From: an uncultured Gammaproteobacteria bacterium
Lineage (GTDB): Bacteria; Patescibacteriota; Patescibacteriia; Buchananbacterales; UBA6539
Assembly: GCA_964497245.1 (NCBI GenBank)
Contig: CAZCCC010000002.1
Coordinates: forward strand, 1-55,799
Direction of reading: 5' to 3'
Length of the DNA stretch: 55,799 nucleotides
The position numbers were made by a program, and so were the translations under genes. Under the pieces are notes generated by a model. The model had not been told where the DNA came from. It worked only from the letters and a program-made list of their open reading frames with translations, and ran no database searches. Within the stretch, counting starts at the first letter, position 1, and every line of letters begins with the position of its first letter. Below, piece by piece: positions 21,804-31,056 of the stretch.

Positions 21804-21950
21804 AATTTTATTGGAAAATCAATACAAAAGCCAGTATATAATTATTATTTTTAATTATCCAAACGATTGACTGATGGGTAAAATAAATGATAAAAAAGGC
21901 AATGAAACATAGAAGGCTAAAAACAAAAAATATCAACACCCCTTTATATA

Positions 21951-22334
21951 TTATTTCTTTAAAAAAAATTTTATTTTCTTTGCCACTTCGTCAAGGCTGA
22001 AATCGCTTTTTATCAAATGATCAGATGCACCAAGATCTTTTCCGTGTTTAATATCTTCCGGCTGCCCGAGATTTGACATTATTATAACCGGAACCTTTTT
22101 TGTCTTATTATTTTCCCTTATTTCTTTCAAAACTTCAAAACCATCTAAATCAGGAAGCATTATGTCTAATATAATTAAGTCTAAAACATTCCCACTTTCA
22201 ACCTTATCAATTGCTTCTTGTCCGCTTGAGGCTAAAAAAACTTCATAGCTGGAATCGGTAAGCATCCTACTTAACATTTTAGCTAAAAACTTATCATCTT
22301 CAACAATTAAAATTTTTTTATTATTGTTTTTCAT
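21951..22334 (-). CDS. Single-domain response regulator (receiver only)
   Basis: ILIVEDD, LDIMLP (phosphoacceptor Asp), MSN and LIKS. Confidence 0.93.
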   Translation of the reverse strand: MKNNNKKILIVEDDKFLAKMLSRMLTDSSYEVFLASSGQEAIDKVESGNVLDLIILDIMLPDLDGFEVLKEIRENNKTKKVPVIIMSNLGQPEDIKHGKDLGASDHLIKSDFSLDEVAKKIKFFLKK

Positions 22335-22561
22335 AAAAAATATATTCAGATCAAGTTAATTATACCATATTTCTTAAGCAATAGCTACCACTTTCATCGC
22401 TACTACCCTGAACGATTTTAAGGCATTATTAATAAAAATTAAAAGTAGGCAGTTAATAAATCTTAAGAAATCGCTAAATAAGTGGCTTTAAAGCGGAAAT
22501 AATCTAATTTAATATATAATTTTTACAGTAAAAAATAACCTCAAAGCAGGTCTATTCGCTT

Positions 22562-23461
22562 TTAATTGCTAGCTGCCGGCTGAATTGAAACCTGATAAAT
22601 TGCAACAAACAGAATAACGGCTCCAAGCCATTGTGACCAGGAAAGCATATTTCCCCTAATCAGAAATTCTAACACAACTGCCGAGAGAGGAAAGGCCAAC
22701 TCACATATTGCCGAAACTGACGCTTTAACTTTTTTCAAACCATAATAATATAAAAACATAGCTAGCCCGCCTGAAGAAAAAATGATAATAATAAAAATCA
22801 AAAACTGCTTGATAGTAATTTCAGAAATCCTACTAAACCCTCCAAATGCTGCTGTAATCACAATCATAATTAAAGAAGCGAGTCCAAATCTCAAATAGGT
22901 GCCCATTTTAAAACTCACTTTTTGCAAAGCTCTTTTTGAAAAAACCGTTGATGACCCCCAAGAAAAAGCCGCACCTAAAGCAAATAGAGCGGCAAAAATT
23001 GTTTTTTCTCCAGTATTAAAATCCGGTAGAAAATCCTTAAAGGTGACAAAATAAGCAGCAATTATTGCAGTAACCGCCCAAAAGAAAAATTTCTTAGGCA
23101 ATTTTTCTTTTAAAAGTAAACTGGCTAAGGTTAAAGCAAAAACAGGCTGGAGTTTCTGAATCAAAACTACAATTGATAAATTTACATGATGTACATAAAA
23201 AAGAGCTTTTACAATAAACATTGTTCCCAATGCTCCACCAAACAGCGCTACCCAAAAAAATGCCAGCCAATCGGCTTTTCCCAATTCTTTTAACTCTTTT
23301 CTCTGCCTTATAAAGAACGGGAGCATTATCAAAAATGCAAAAAAATGCTCAATAAAAACGACAAGCGGAACCGACAGTCCATACAAAGACGGGCGAAGAA
23401 CTATACCATCAATTGCCCAGAGAAGAGCGGCGGCGATGATAAAAAGAGGTGCATAAATCAT
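22562..23461 (-). CDS. EamA/DMT family transporter
   Basis: About 10 hydrophobic helices in two repeats, with LQPVF..LKEK and GLKKVKAS...ELAFP. Confidence 0.9.
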   Translation of the reverse strand: MIYAPLFIIAAALLWAIDGIVLRPSLYGLSVPLVVFIEHFFAFLIMLPFFIRQRKELKELGKADWLAFFWVALFGGALGTMFIVKALFYVHHVNLSIVVLIQKLQPVFALTLASLLLKEKLPKKFFFWAVTAIIAAYFVTFKDFLPDFNTGEKTIFAALFALGAAFSWGSSTVFSKRALQKVSFKMGTYLRFGLASLIMIVITAAFGGFSRISEITIKQFLIFIIIIFSSGGLAMFLYYYGLKKVKASVSAICELAFPLSAVVLEFLIRGNMLSWSQWLGAVILFVAIYQVSIQPAASN

Positions 23462-23481
23462 AATAATAGCTATTAAAAAAA

Positions 23482-23850
23482 TCAGAAACCAAAAAATCTC
23501 TTGGCTGACTTAATATCCCTTCTAATTTGTTTTTTTAACATATACAAACTCGGAAATTTTTCAACTTCTCTAAATTTAAAAACCAGTCTTTTTGTGACTT
23601 TCGTATCATATAGATTTTCTTTAAAATTTAAAATGTGGGTTTCACATGTTGGACTTAAAAAATTAAAAGTTTTAAGCGGTCCAAGATGGGTTATTGCCGG
23701 ATATAATTTATCGCCAATTTTAACAAGAGAAAAATAAATTCCCCATTGGCTTTTTTTCACCGAACGGGGAACCACTATGTTAATTGTTGAAAATCCCAAC
23801 TTTTTTCCTTGCCTGCGACCGATTTTTACCCTTCCTTCCAAAACTAACAT
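23482..23850 (-). CDS. Stand-alone riboflavin kinase domain (RibF C-terminal half)
   Basis: G.V..G...GKKLGFSTINI, GIY, ETHILNF..NLY and R...KF....L..QI..DI. Confidence 0.8.
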   Translation of the reverse strand: MLVLEGRVKIGRRQGKKLGFSTINIVVPRSVKKSQWGIYFSLVKIGDKLYPAITHLGPLKTFNFLSPTCETHILNFKENLYDTKVTKRLVFKFREVEKFPSLYMLKKQIRRDIKSAKRFFGF

Positions 23851-23851
23851 A

Positions 23852-24640
23852 TCACTTTACGGAAGTGATGGCTCCTAGATTAACAATAAGTAATTCAAAA
23901 GCGCCGGCTAAAATAGAAAGCAAGAAAAATCCTAAAAACATTATCATGAAAGCTCCATTTATTATAAGCCCCAAATTACCTATTAAGATGCAGACAATAG
24001 CAAATACTAGAATCAGCGGCAAAAAAGAAATTAAAACAGCTAATATTGAATTTAAAACTTTATTTTCTTTAAATACATTGCCTAATATTTGTCCGAAACG
24101 ATACCAAAGAACCGCACTTAAACCCGAAAAAATAAAAATTAAAGCCAGCGGGAAAAAAACAAAAAATATTTCTTCAATATCCATTAAGGCCGCCAAGATT
24201 GAAATAAAAATAAAGCTAAAACAAAAAATTAAACCTAGAGAAACATTCAAGCCTAAAAGAATAAAGCCAAATTTCAAAATGGCCAATTTTGCAAGATTTT
24301 TTTTATGCTTCCTTGCTTTTGCTAATGTGTTAAAGTAGTTAAAAATATTTTTAACTACTTTAAATTTAAAAATCTTACTGTATATTTTTTTTAGCCTAGG
24401 GTGAAATCTGCCACTAATTCTGTCATAGCCATTTTTAATCATCAAAGTATAAATTCCCATTGCAAGTCCTAAAAATAAAATTGCCGGTAAAATCGGCAAA
24501 AATATTCCCAAAAAAGCAAGCAACAATACCAGAATTATTAAAAATAACAAGACTACTTCTACAGACAAGGCAAAAATTAAATTGGCTAATTCCCATGTTC
24601 CCATTTTTTTATTTTTTTTGATTTTTAATAATTTTTTCAT
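23852..24640 (-). CDS. Hypothetical multi-pass membrane protein (start uncertain: 24640 or 24604)
   Basis: About six hydrophobic segments. Abuts the riboflavin kinase gene. Confidence 0.75.
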   Translation of the reverse strand: MKKLLKIKKNKKMGTWELANLIFALSVEVVLLFLIILVLLLAFLGIFLPILPAILFLGLAMGIYTLMIKNGYDRISGRFHPRLKKIYSKIFKFKVVKNIFNYFNTLAKARKHKKNLAKLAILKFGFILLGLNVSLGLIFCFSFIFISILAALMDIEEIFFVFFPLALIFIFSGLSAVLWYRFGQILGNVFKENKVLNSILAVLISFLPLILVFAIVCILIGNLGLIINGAFMIMFLGFFLLSILAGAFELLIVNLGAITSVK

Positions 24641-24668
24641 ATTTTTTATTGGTGACATAGAGTGAGTG

Positions 24669-24772
24669 TCCAGCACCCATTTTACGTATCAATGAATAAA
24701 AGCGTTGAATAATTTTTTTAAAAATTAAATAGATTTTTTGATTTAATTGCAACCAATAAAATAGGTGCTGGA
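24669..24772. repeat. 16-bp inverted repeat pair around a 72-bp AT-rich spacer
   Basis: TCCAGCACCCATTTTA (24669-24684) and TAAAATAGGTGCTGGA (24757-24772) are complementary at 15 of 16 positions. Confidence 0.6.
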
Positions 24773-24890
24773 TCGAGCCGAGCCGACAAAAAGCCAAAAA
24801 AGTTTAATAGCCTTTATTAATGACTTGGGTCAAAAAATTAGATCATCTGGCAAAATTTATTAATATAAACCCTTCTATAAAACTAAAAAT

Positions 24891-25697
24891 TTATGGTCTT
24901 TTCTTTTTGTGCCTTTCAAAAAATTTGTTTTTAACAGCATCTAAAAGAAGTCTAAAAACTTTATCATAAATACCAGAATCCGAAGGCACTCCTGAAATAA
25001 GGCTCTTAATTTGTTTTTCAACTTGTTCAATACTCAAGCTGTCAAATATTCCAATATTTGCATTGTTGAGCAAAACTTGTCCGGCATCTCCTATTTGCCG
25101 GACTAAGTCTTCTTTATTATAAATCTTTTCCCCTTGACGAATAACTTTAAAATGATTTAAGACCTGACACAACTGTTCTAAATCTTTTGCCGAGGAGATT
25201 AAATGGATAGTAAAATCATCTTTTTTATTCTCAAAATATTGTTCCATTTCCTGCATCATGAGTTCTCTGGCTTTTTCCTTAATTCCTAAATTATTTTCAA
25301 AAGGAATTAAAGAAAATATCCTTGAAAATTCAGCTTGTTTATTATCAACTTTTTGGGAAATTGTGGATAATATCACTTGATCAATGTTTGTCCTTAGAAA
25401 ATCAGCAGCCGCGGAAATCCTTGTGGCTATTTCTGTGCCATGATAAATAACTTTATTACAATAAATAGTGGGTTCTTTCTCTATAACTGAAATAAGCTCT
25501 TCAATGCTGGAAGCTGATTCTATTTTTCCTTTAAACTCTGAATCCTCAGCCTCTAAAACAGTCGGCCATTTATCTTCTTCCAATTCACTGTCGGCAAAAC
25601 CTTGTCCCTCTTGCAACTGACCGTCAAAATTTTCCTCTTCTTCTAAAAAACGATCTGCCCGATCAACATGATGTCTTCCTAATAATTCTGCTGCCAT
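24891..25697 (-). CDS. Hypothetical protein with acidic N-terminus and an internal ~105-aa duplication
   Basis: IESASSIEELISVI...IP.ENNLGIKEK is echoed by ISSAKDLEQLCQVL...VPSDSGIYDK. Confidence 0.8.
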   Translation of the reverse strand: MAAELLGRHHVDRADRFLEEEENFDGQLQEGQGFADSELEEDKWPTVLEAEDSEFKGKIESASSIEELISVIEKEPTIYCNKVIYHGTEIATRISAAADFLRTNIDQVILSTISQKVDNKQAEFSRIFSLIPFENNLGIKEKARELMMQEMEQYFENKKDDFTIHLISSAKDLEQLCQVLNHFKVIRQGEKIYNKEDLVRQIGDAGQVLLNNANIGIFDSLSIEQVEKQIKSLISGVPSDSGIYDKVFRLLLDAVKNKFFERHKKKRP

Positions 25698-25759
25698 AAT
25701 TATTACTTTAGATGCTTATTGAGCATTTTTATTATAGCACTATTTAAACCTTGCTTCAA

Positions 25760-27526
25760 TTAATCTTTTATAAAACCTCCAGCTTGAAGCTGCCAAAGTC
25801 TTTGGTAAAGACCACTTTTTTTTTCAAGCAATTCATCATGGCTACCATCCTCAATCATTCCTCCATCATCAATAACTATTATCCTATCCATTTTTCTTAT
25901 GGTTGAAAGACGATGAGCAATGGCAATAACGGTTTTATTAACCATTAATTTATCAAGAGCATCTTGAATTAAAAGTTCTGATTCAGAATCAAGGCTTGAA
26001 GTCGCTTCGTCTAAAATTAAAATTGGAGAATTTCGCAAAATCGCCCTGGCAATCGCTACTCGCTGTCTTTCACCACCGGAAAGTTTTACCCCTCGTTCCC
26101 CAACATAAGTATTATAGCCATCTGAAAATCCGGAAATGAATTCATGACAGTGTGCTAATTTAGCCGCATCAATTATTTCCTGATTGGATACTTTCGACCG
26201 GCCATAAGCGATATTTTCATTGAGCGGACGATGGAATAAAATCGGATCTTGAGGCACTAAACTGATATGTCTCCACAAACTTTCTTGAGTAACTTTTGCT
26301 ATATCCTGACCATCAATTAAAATTTGGCCAGAACAAACATCATGCAGTCTTAAAAGCAGACGGACAATAGTTGTTTTGCCGGCACCAGAAGGTCCAATTA
26401 AAGCCAGACGCTGACCAGGTTCAACAGTCAAATTAAAGTCTTTAAGAACTTTTCTGGTCTTGTGATAATAAAAATCAACTCTATTGAATTCAATTTTACC
26501 TTTATTTATTTTCAACTGTTCGGCTGATAAAATGTCTTTTATTTCATGCGGCTGATTAAGAATTGCCACCATCTCCTCTGCATCAGAAAGAGCTTCATAG
26601 GTTTGTCTTAAAATTCGACCAAATTCCCAAACTCGATGAAAAATATTTATTAAATAAGCTTGGATTAAAACAAAATCACCAACTGTAAGAATTCCTTTTT
26701 TCCAAAGTAAAACCGCCAGATAAAATACGCCTAGTTCTAAAACAACCATCATAAAACCCTGCAAAGCTTCGAAAAAAGAGTCCAAATCCCATGTAAATTT
26801 TCTCAATTGCCTCAAATCTTCATTTACATTTTTGAATCCTTTAACTTCTTTATTAAAACCATTAAAAAGCTTGATTGTGATATTGTTGGTTATTGTGTCG
26901 GCTAAAAAACCGGTAGTTTTAGTTTCCGCTTCGCTCCGCATTATATCATACTTTAATTTATATTTGGTAAAAAACCAATTAACAAATAAAAACAATATTA
27001 TCCAAATAAAAACCGCCAGGCTTAAAAGCCAATTGCGGCTTAAAAGAACAAAAATTATTATTAAAACATTAATAACAAGAGGAAATAGATTCCAAGTAAT
27101 TCTATCAACAATTATTTCAAAGGCTCGACTGAACCACTTAATTTTTTTTACCAGTGAGCCAACAAAATTATTATTGAAAAAAGAAAAAGAATGACGATGC
27201 AAATAAACAAAACAATAATTTGCCAAATCAACCATTACTTTTGATTGAAAATAATTGGAGTTAAAAGTCGCTAACCGCCAAAATCCCCAAGAAATAAGCT
27301 GTAGTCCTGCAACCACGAGCAAAATTAAGATTAATTTATTGACAATCAAACCTTGCTCTTGACCTGAAACTAAAACATCAAAAAATCTTTTATAAAAAAG
27401 CGGAACAATAACTCCAACCACCGAAGCGCCAAAAACTGAAATAAAAATAACAGTTACTGAAAATTTATAATTCAGCGAGTGTTGCCAAAAAATCTTTAAA
27501 GTTTTTCTTGTATTGTCTTGTACCAC
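25760..27526 (-). CDS. ABC exporter, fused permease and ATP-binding domains
   Basis: Six TM helices, GPSGAGKT, LSGGERQR, LDEATS and AHRLST. GTG start. Confidence 0.95.
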   Translation of the reverse strand: MVQDNTRKTLKIFWQHSLNYKFSVTVIFISVFGASVVGVIVPLFYKRFFDVLVSGQEQGLIVNKLILILLVVAGLQLISWGFWRLATFNSNYFQSKVMVDLANYCFVYLHRHSFSFFNNNFVGSLVKKIKWFSRAFEIIVDRITWNLFPLVINVLIIIFVLLSRNWLLSLAVFIWIILFLFVNWFFTKYKLKYDIMRSEAETKTTGFLADTITNNITIKLFNGFNKEVKGFKNVNEDLRQLRKFTWDLDSFFEALQGFMMVVLELGVFYLAVLLWKKGILTVGDFVLIQAYLINIFHRVWEFGRILRQTYEALSDAEEMVAILNQPHEIKDILSAEQLKINKGKIEFNRVDFYYHKTRKVLKDFNLTVEPGQRLALIGPSGAGKTTIVRLLLRLHDVCSGQILIDGQDIAKVTQESLWRHISLVPQDPILFHRPLNENIAYGRSKVSNQEIIDAAKLAHCHEFISGFSDGYNTYVGERGVKLSGGERQRVAIARAILRNSPILILDEATSSLDSESELLIQDALDKLMVNKTVIAIAHRLSTIRKMDRIIVIDDGGMIEDGSHDELLEKKSGLYQRLWQLQAGGFIKD

Positions 27527-27595
27527 TTTGATTAATATTAAACTTCTTAAATAGCTAATATGTCATAATTATACACCAAAGTCAATCAAATTAAA

Positions 27596-27615
27596 AATAA
27601 AGGGTATTAACCCTT
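27596..27615. repeat. 20-bp repeat AATAAAGGGTATTAACCCTT, copy 1
   Basis: Identical to 53900-53919. Internal dyad AAGGGT-ATTA-ACCCTT. Confidence 0.85.
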
Positions 27616-27623
27616 TTTGACTC

Positions 27624-27682
27624 CCTGCCTGCCGGTTTTCACGCCATGCAACGGCAGGCAGGCCTACCTACTGACAGGCAGG
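27624..27682. repeat. Tandem CCTGCCTGCCG..GCAGGCAGG-type palindromes
   Basis: Perfect 11-bp inverted repeat (27624-27634 / 27652-27662), then a degenerate copy CCTACCTACTGACAGGCAGG (27663-27682). Confidence 0.8.
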
Positions 27683-28045
27683 CTCGGCTCGGAAACAATC
27701 CGCCAAATAATGGCGCGCTATGCTAATTTAATAATTAACCAAATGCAAAAAACAACAAGCTGCCGTGCTTTTGCATTTATATCTGAATATTAAGTCTTTC
27801 ATGTCAGCCTTCGATACTATTGTGTTCTGGCAGTGTGTCTCGGTCTAGAACCAAGACTTTACAAGCATTATAAGGGTTATTCAACTATTTTACCATAACG
27901 GGATTTGAGCCACTCAGGTCGGGGTAAATGAGATAAATGCAACAGTATAAAAAGGAAAAATGAGTAAAAAAAATTTGACTTTGTATAATTTATAATTTTC
28001 TTAATCTATATTTACTTTTATGGCTAATATATGTAAAATTATAAT

Positions 28046-28876
28046 ATGATAAACGAAAATAACAGTTTAAAATTATGTGCCAAAGGCTCCAGAAAAATGG
28101 GTCATGATTTTATTGAAGAAACAAAATATCTAGCGGGTATAATTGATTGCATAGAAATTGACTTCAACTACCCTCATGACGGTGATTTCAAGAAAGAAAT
28201 GGCATATCTAAAAAAACTGCAAAAAGAAAAAAATATAAAATATACTGTTCACGCCCAATATCTTAGTGGCAACATTAATGACTTCAATGATAAAATCAGG
28301 CAGGAAAGCATAAAACAGATACTTAAATCAATTGATTATGCTTCCCAGTTAAATGCTTCGGTTGTGACTCTTCATCCCGCTTTAGAACCGTATGGGTTGA
28401 AACTTGAAAAAAGAAAAGAGTTAGAAATTGAAGCCTATAAAAAGATAACTACTTACGTCAGCAGAAAGAAGATTCAAATAGGTTTAGAAAATGAGGCGCA
28501 GACTTGCTTTTGGTTTCCTGACAGGGCCTGCAAGTTTAAACTACTCAGTGAGACAATATTAAAAATCAAAAATAAATATTTCGGCATGACTCTTGATATC
28601 GGACATGCCAACGTCAGCGGTGAAGATGCTATTTCAGCCATTAAAAAATACAATTCAAAAATATTTCATATCCATTCCCACGATAATTTCGGCAGGCCAG
28701 AGGATAATTTAAGAAAAACCAACAGACCTGATCCACATTTGGCTCCCGGCAAAGGAATTATAAATTGGAAAAAGGCAATTGATACCTTAAAAAAAATAAA
28801 TTTCAAAGGATATTTCGAACTGGAGTGTGAAATACATGAGATGGCCGAGACGGTTGAATATATAAATAGTCTGTAA
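28046..28876 (+). CDS. Sugar phosphate isomerase/epimerase family protein (xylose-isomerase-like TIM barrel)
   Basis: Metal-binding pattern GLENE, LDIGHAN, HIHSHDN, HLAPGKGIINW and ELE. Confidence 0.88.
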   Translation: MINENNSLKLCAKGSRKMGHDFIEETKYLAGIIDCIEIDFNYPHDGDFKKEMAYLKKLQKEKNIKYTVHAQYLSGNINDFNDKIRQESIKQILKSIDYASQLNASVVTLHPALEPYGLKLEKRKELEIEAYKKITTYVSRKKIQIGLENEAQTCFWFPDRACKFKLLSETILKIKNKYFGMTLDIGHANVSGEDAISAIKKYNSKIFHIHSHDNFGRPEDNLRKTNRPDPHLAPGKGIINWKKAIDTLKKINFKGYFELECEIHEMAETVEYINSL

Positions 28877-28973
28877 TTAAAATCAAAGTCATAAATTCAG
28901 GTATAACAAAAAATCGCTAATTAAACGATTTTTGCTATAGTAAATAGGAGTTAGAAAATAAAGGACGGTTGGA

Positions 28974-29095
28974 TTAACGGTGTCCGCGCGCAAGATAATC
29001 TTGTAAGGCGTCGTATATGCCGGGAATAAATCGATTGGCATTTTCAGGGTTATTTGGGTTGATCCAACTGTAACCACTATATTCTTCGCAAATCT
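28974..29095 (-). pseudogene. Possible 3' remnant of a Nudix hydrolase gene
   Basis: A frame different from the 62-aa track ORF reads (I)KICEEYSGYSWINPNNPENANRFIPGIYDALQDYLARGHR*, resembling the Nudix C-terminal L.EEH..Y.W pattern. No start codon. Confidence 0.4.
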
Positions 29096-30061
29096 TTATA
29101 CCTTCTTGCCAATACTCAACTGATTGGCTAATTTTAGATAATAAGAAGCAATGGCAATATCAAAAACTGCCAAACCCATAGGGTTAAACATTATGTTATT
29201 ATTTTTCAACTTAGTTAAACAATTATTAAAAACTACATCGACCAAGTTATAAGTATCTTTTTGTTTTAATCCTTTCTCTTTAGCTAAAACTTCTATATCT
29301 GTATTCTCACGACAAACTTCCTCCCAATCATCAACAATGATTGATTTTTTAACATAAGGATATATATCAGGCTTAAAATCTCTTAATGAAATATTCAACA
29401 GTGTCGCTCCTGACTTTGGTTTTTGATCAATATATGGTGCTGCTGAAACAGTACAAGTGATAAAAATATCCGAATCTAAATATGATTCTTGCCAATTTTT
29501 TGTTATCACTATTTTACTCCTAATATTTTCATCAATTTCATCTTTAAAAATTATTGGCCTAACGTCATATAAAAAAATTTTTTCTAGGTGATCACCAAAA
29601 ATTGAGGTACATAGTTTAAGATGATTTTGACCGATCGGACCCCAACCGATAATACCAAGATTTATCTTATTTAATTTTTTAACCTTTCGATAATGTTTAA
29701 GAAATAAACCAGTGACAGACGCTGTACGAATTATACTAATTAAAGCTGTATTAATTACGGCCATCGGCTGACCTGTATGACTATCGTTTAAGACAACTAC
29801 ACAACTAGCGCGAGGTAATTTTTTTTTGATATTATCAGGAAAACTAGCAATCCATTTAATCCCAGACATATCTATTTCTCCACCAACATAGGCTGGCATA
29901 GCAATAATCCGATTTTTTAAACTACCATATCTTAAATACGGCTTTAATGGCTGACTAAAATCACCTCTTTTAAGACACAAAGCAGCCTGCTCTATAATCT
30001 TAATACATTTAGGCCAATCTATACCTATCTTTTTAATATCACTTTCATTTAAATAAAGCAT
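29096..30061 (-). CDS. sbnB: 2,3-diaminopropionate biosynthesis protein SbnB (ornithine cyclodeaminase family)
   Basis: QPLKPYLR, NRIIAMPAYVGG, GIKWIASFPDN, PRAS, NISLRD and FNPMGLAVFDIA. Adjacent to sbnA. Confidence 0.92.
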   Translation of the reverse strand: MLYLNESDIKKIGIDWPKCIKIIEQAALCLKRGDFSQPLKPYLRYGSLKNRIIAMPAYVGGEIDMSGIKWIASFPDNIKKKLPRASCVVVLNDSHTGQPMAVINTALISIIRTASVTGLFLKHYRKVKKLNKINLGIIGWGPIGQNHLKLCTSIFGDHLEKIFLYDVRPIIFKDEIDENIRSKIVITKNWQESYLDSDIFITCTVSAAPYIDQKPKSGATLLNISLRDFKPDIYPYVKKSIIVDDWEEVCRENTDIEVLAKEKGLKQKDTYNLVDVVFNNCLTKLKNNNIMFNPMGLAVFDIAIASYYLKLANQLSIGKKV

Positions 30062-30067
30062 AAAACT

Positions 30068-31042
30068 TTAGTTATTTTTTGATTCTTTTTTTAAATTTTT
30101 ACACCAACCTGGATTATAGACAGTAGATGAATATCTTTCTCCCCGATCAGGAAAAATGGCAACAACTATTGGTGGCCTTTTAAATTTTTTATTTTTGAAA
30201 AATGCCTTAACTGCGGCAGTTACGGTACCGGAAGAACCACCAGCTAAAATTCCTGCTTGTTTTAATAACCAATTACAATTCTTAATTGTTTCGAGTTCAT
30301 CAATCATTACAACTTCATCGAAGTTAGCATGTTTTAAGATACTTGGCACTATACTAGAACCAATTCCGGGAATATAACGTGTCTTTTTTTGATCTCCAAA
30401 AATTAATGACCCAACGACATCAACAGCAATCACTTTTGCTTGTGGAAATTCTTTCTTAATTCTTCTTGAGACGCCTGCAATTGTACCACCGGAACTAACA
30501 GCAATAAAAATATAATCAAGTCGTGAACACTGTTCACAAATTTCCCGACCCAAAGAATTATAATAAGCTTCAGCATTATATGGGTTACCATACTGGTTTA
30601 CCCAATATGAATTGGGGTGTTTTTTTACAAAATTCTTAACATATTTGATGCGGTTGATAACGTATCCACCACCTTGATCCGGCTTAGTTATTTTGATCGT
30701 TTTATTGCTCCAAAGTCTAATTATTTTTTCGTTAAATGGTAAAATGTTGGGATCAATAACACAATGAAATTTTAATCCAACCACTTTGCAATAAGCAGAG
30801 AGGGCGATACCAAAATTGCCAGAAGAAGATTCAATAATAATTGTTTTTTTATTGATAATTTTTCTCCGGATCACTTTATTAATAATATGAAAAGCAGCTC
30901 GATCTTTTAAACTACCGGTCGGATTATAAAATTCTAATTTGGCAAAAAAATTGATGTTCTTAAATTCTTTATCTTTAATTTTCACAAGTGGCGTATTGCC
31001 AACAGTCTCAAATAAACTAGAATAAACGTATTTCCCTGACAT
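30068..31042 (-). CDS. sbnA: 2,3-diaminopropionate biosynthesis protein SbnA (PLP, CysK-like)
   Basis: GNTPLV, NPTGSLKDR (PLP Lys), ESSSGNFG, KPDQGGGY...RI, NQYGNP, RYIPGIGSS and PDRGERY. Confidence 0.92.
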   Translation of the reverse strand: MSGKYVYSSLFETVGNTPLVKIKDKEFKNINFFAKLEFYNPTGSLKDRAAFHIINKVIRRKIINKKTIIIESSSGNFGIALSAYCKVVGLKFHCVIDPNILPFNEKIIRLWSNKTIKITKPDQGGGYVINRIKYVKNFVKKHPNSYWVNQYGNPYNAEAYYNSLGREICEQCSRLDYIFIAVSSGGTIAGVSRRIKKEFPQAKVIAVDVVGSLIFGDQKKTRYIPGIGSSIVPSILKHANFDEVVMIDELETIKNCNWLLKQAGILAGGSSGTVTAAVKAFFKNKKFKRPPIVVAIFPDRGERYSSTVYNPGWCKNLKKESKNN

Positions 31043-31056
31043 ATTAATAGTAACGA

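Noticed and set aside
23784-24338. 184-aa Lys/Ile-rich plus-strand ORF
   Set aside because: Antisense mirror of the Phe/Leu-rich membrane protein gene.
27596-27720. CRISPR array
   Set aside because: No regularly spaced identical repeats with unique spacers, and no cas genes.
27780-27960. Riboswitch, ncRNA or gene remnant upstream of the ABC exporter
   Set aside because: No motif recognised and all frames checked are short. An Infernal/Rfam scan would be needed.
28889-29077. 62-aa track ORF after sbnB
   Set aside because: No recognisable features. A different frame of the same DNA looks more protein-like (Nudix-type remnant).
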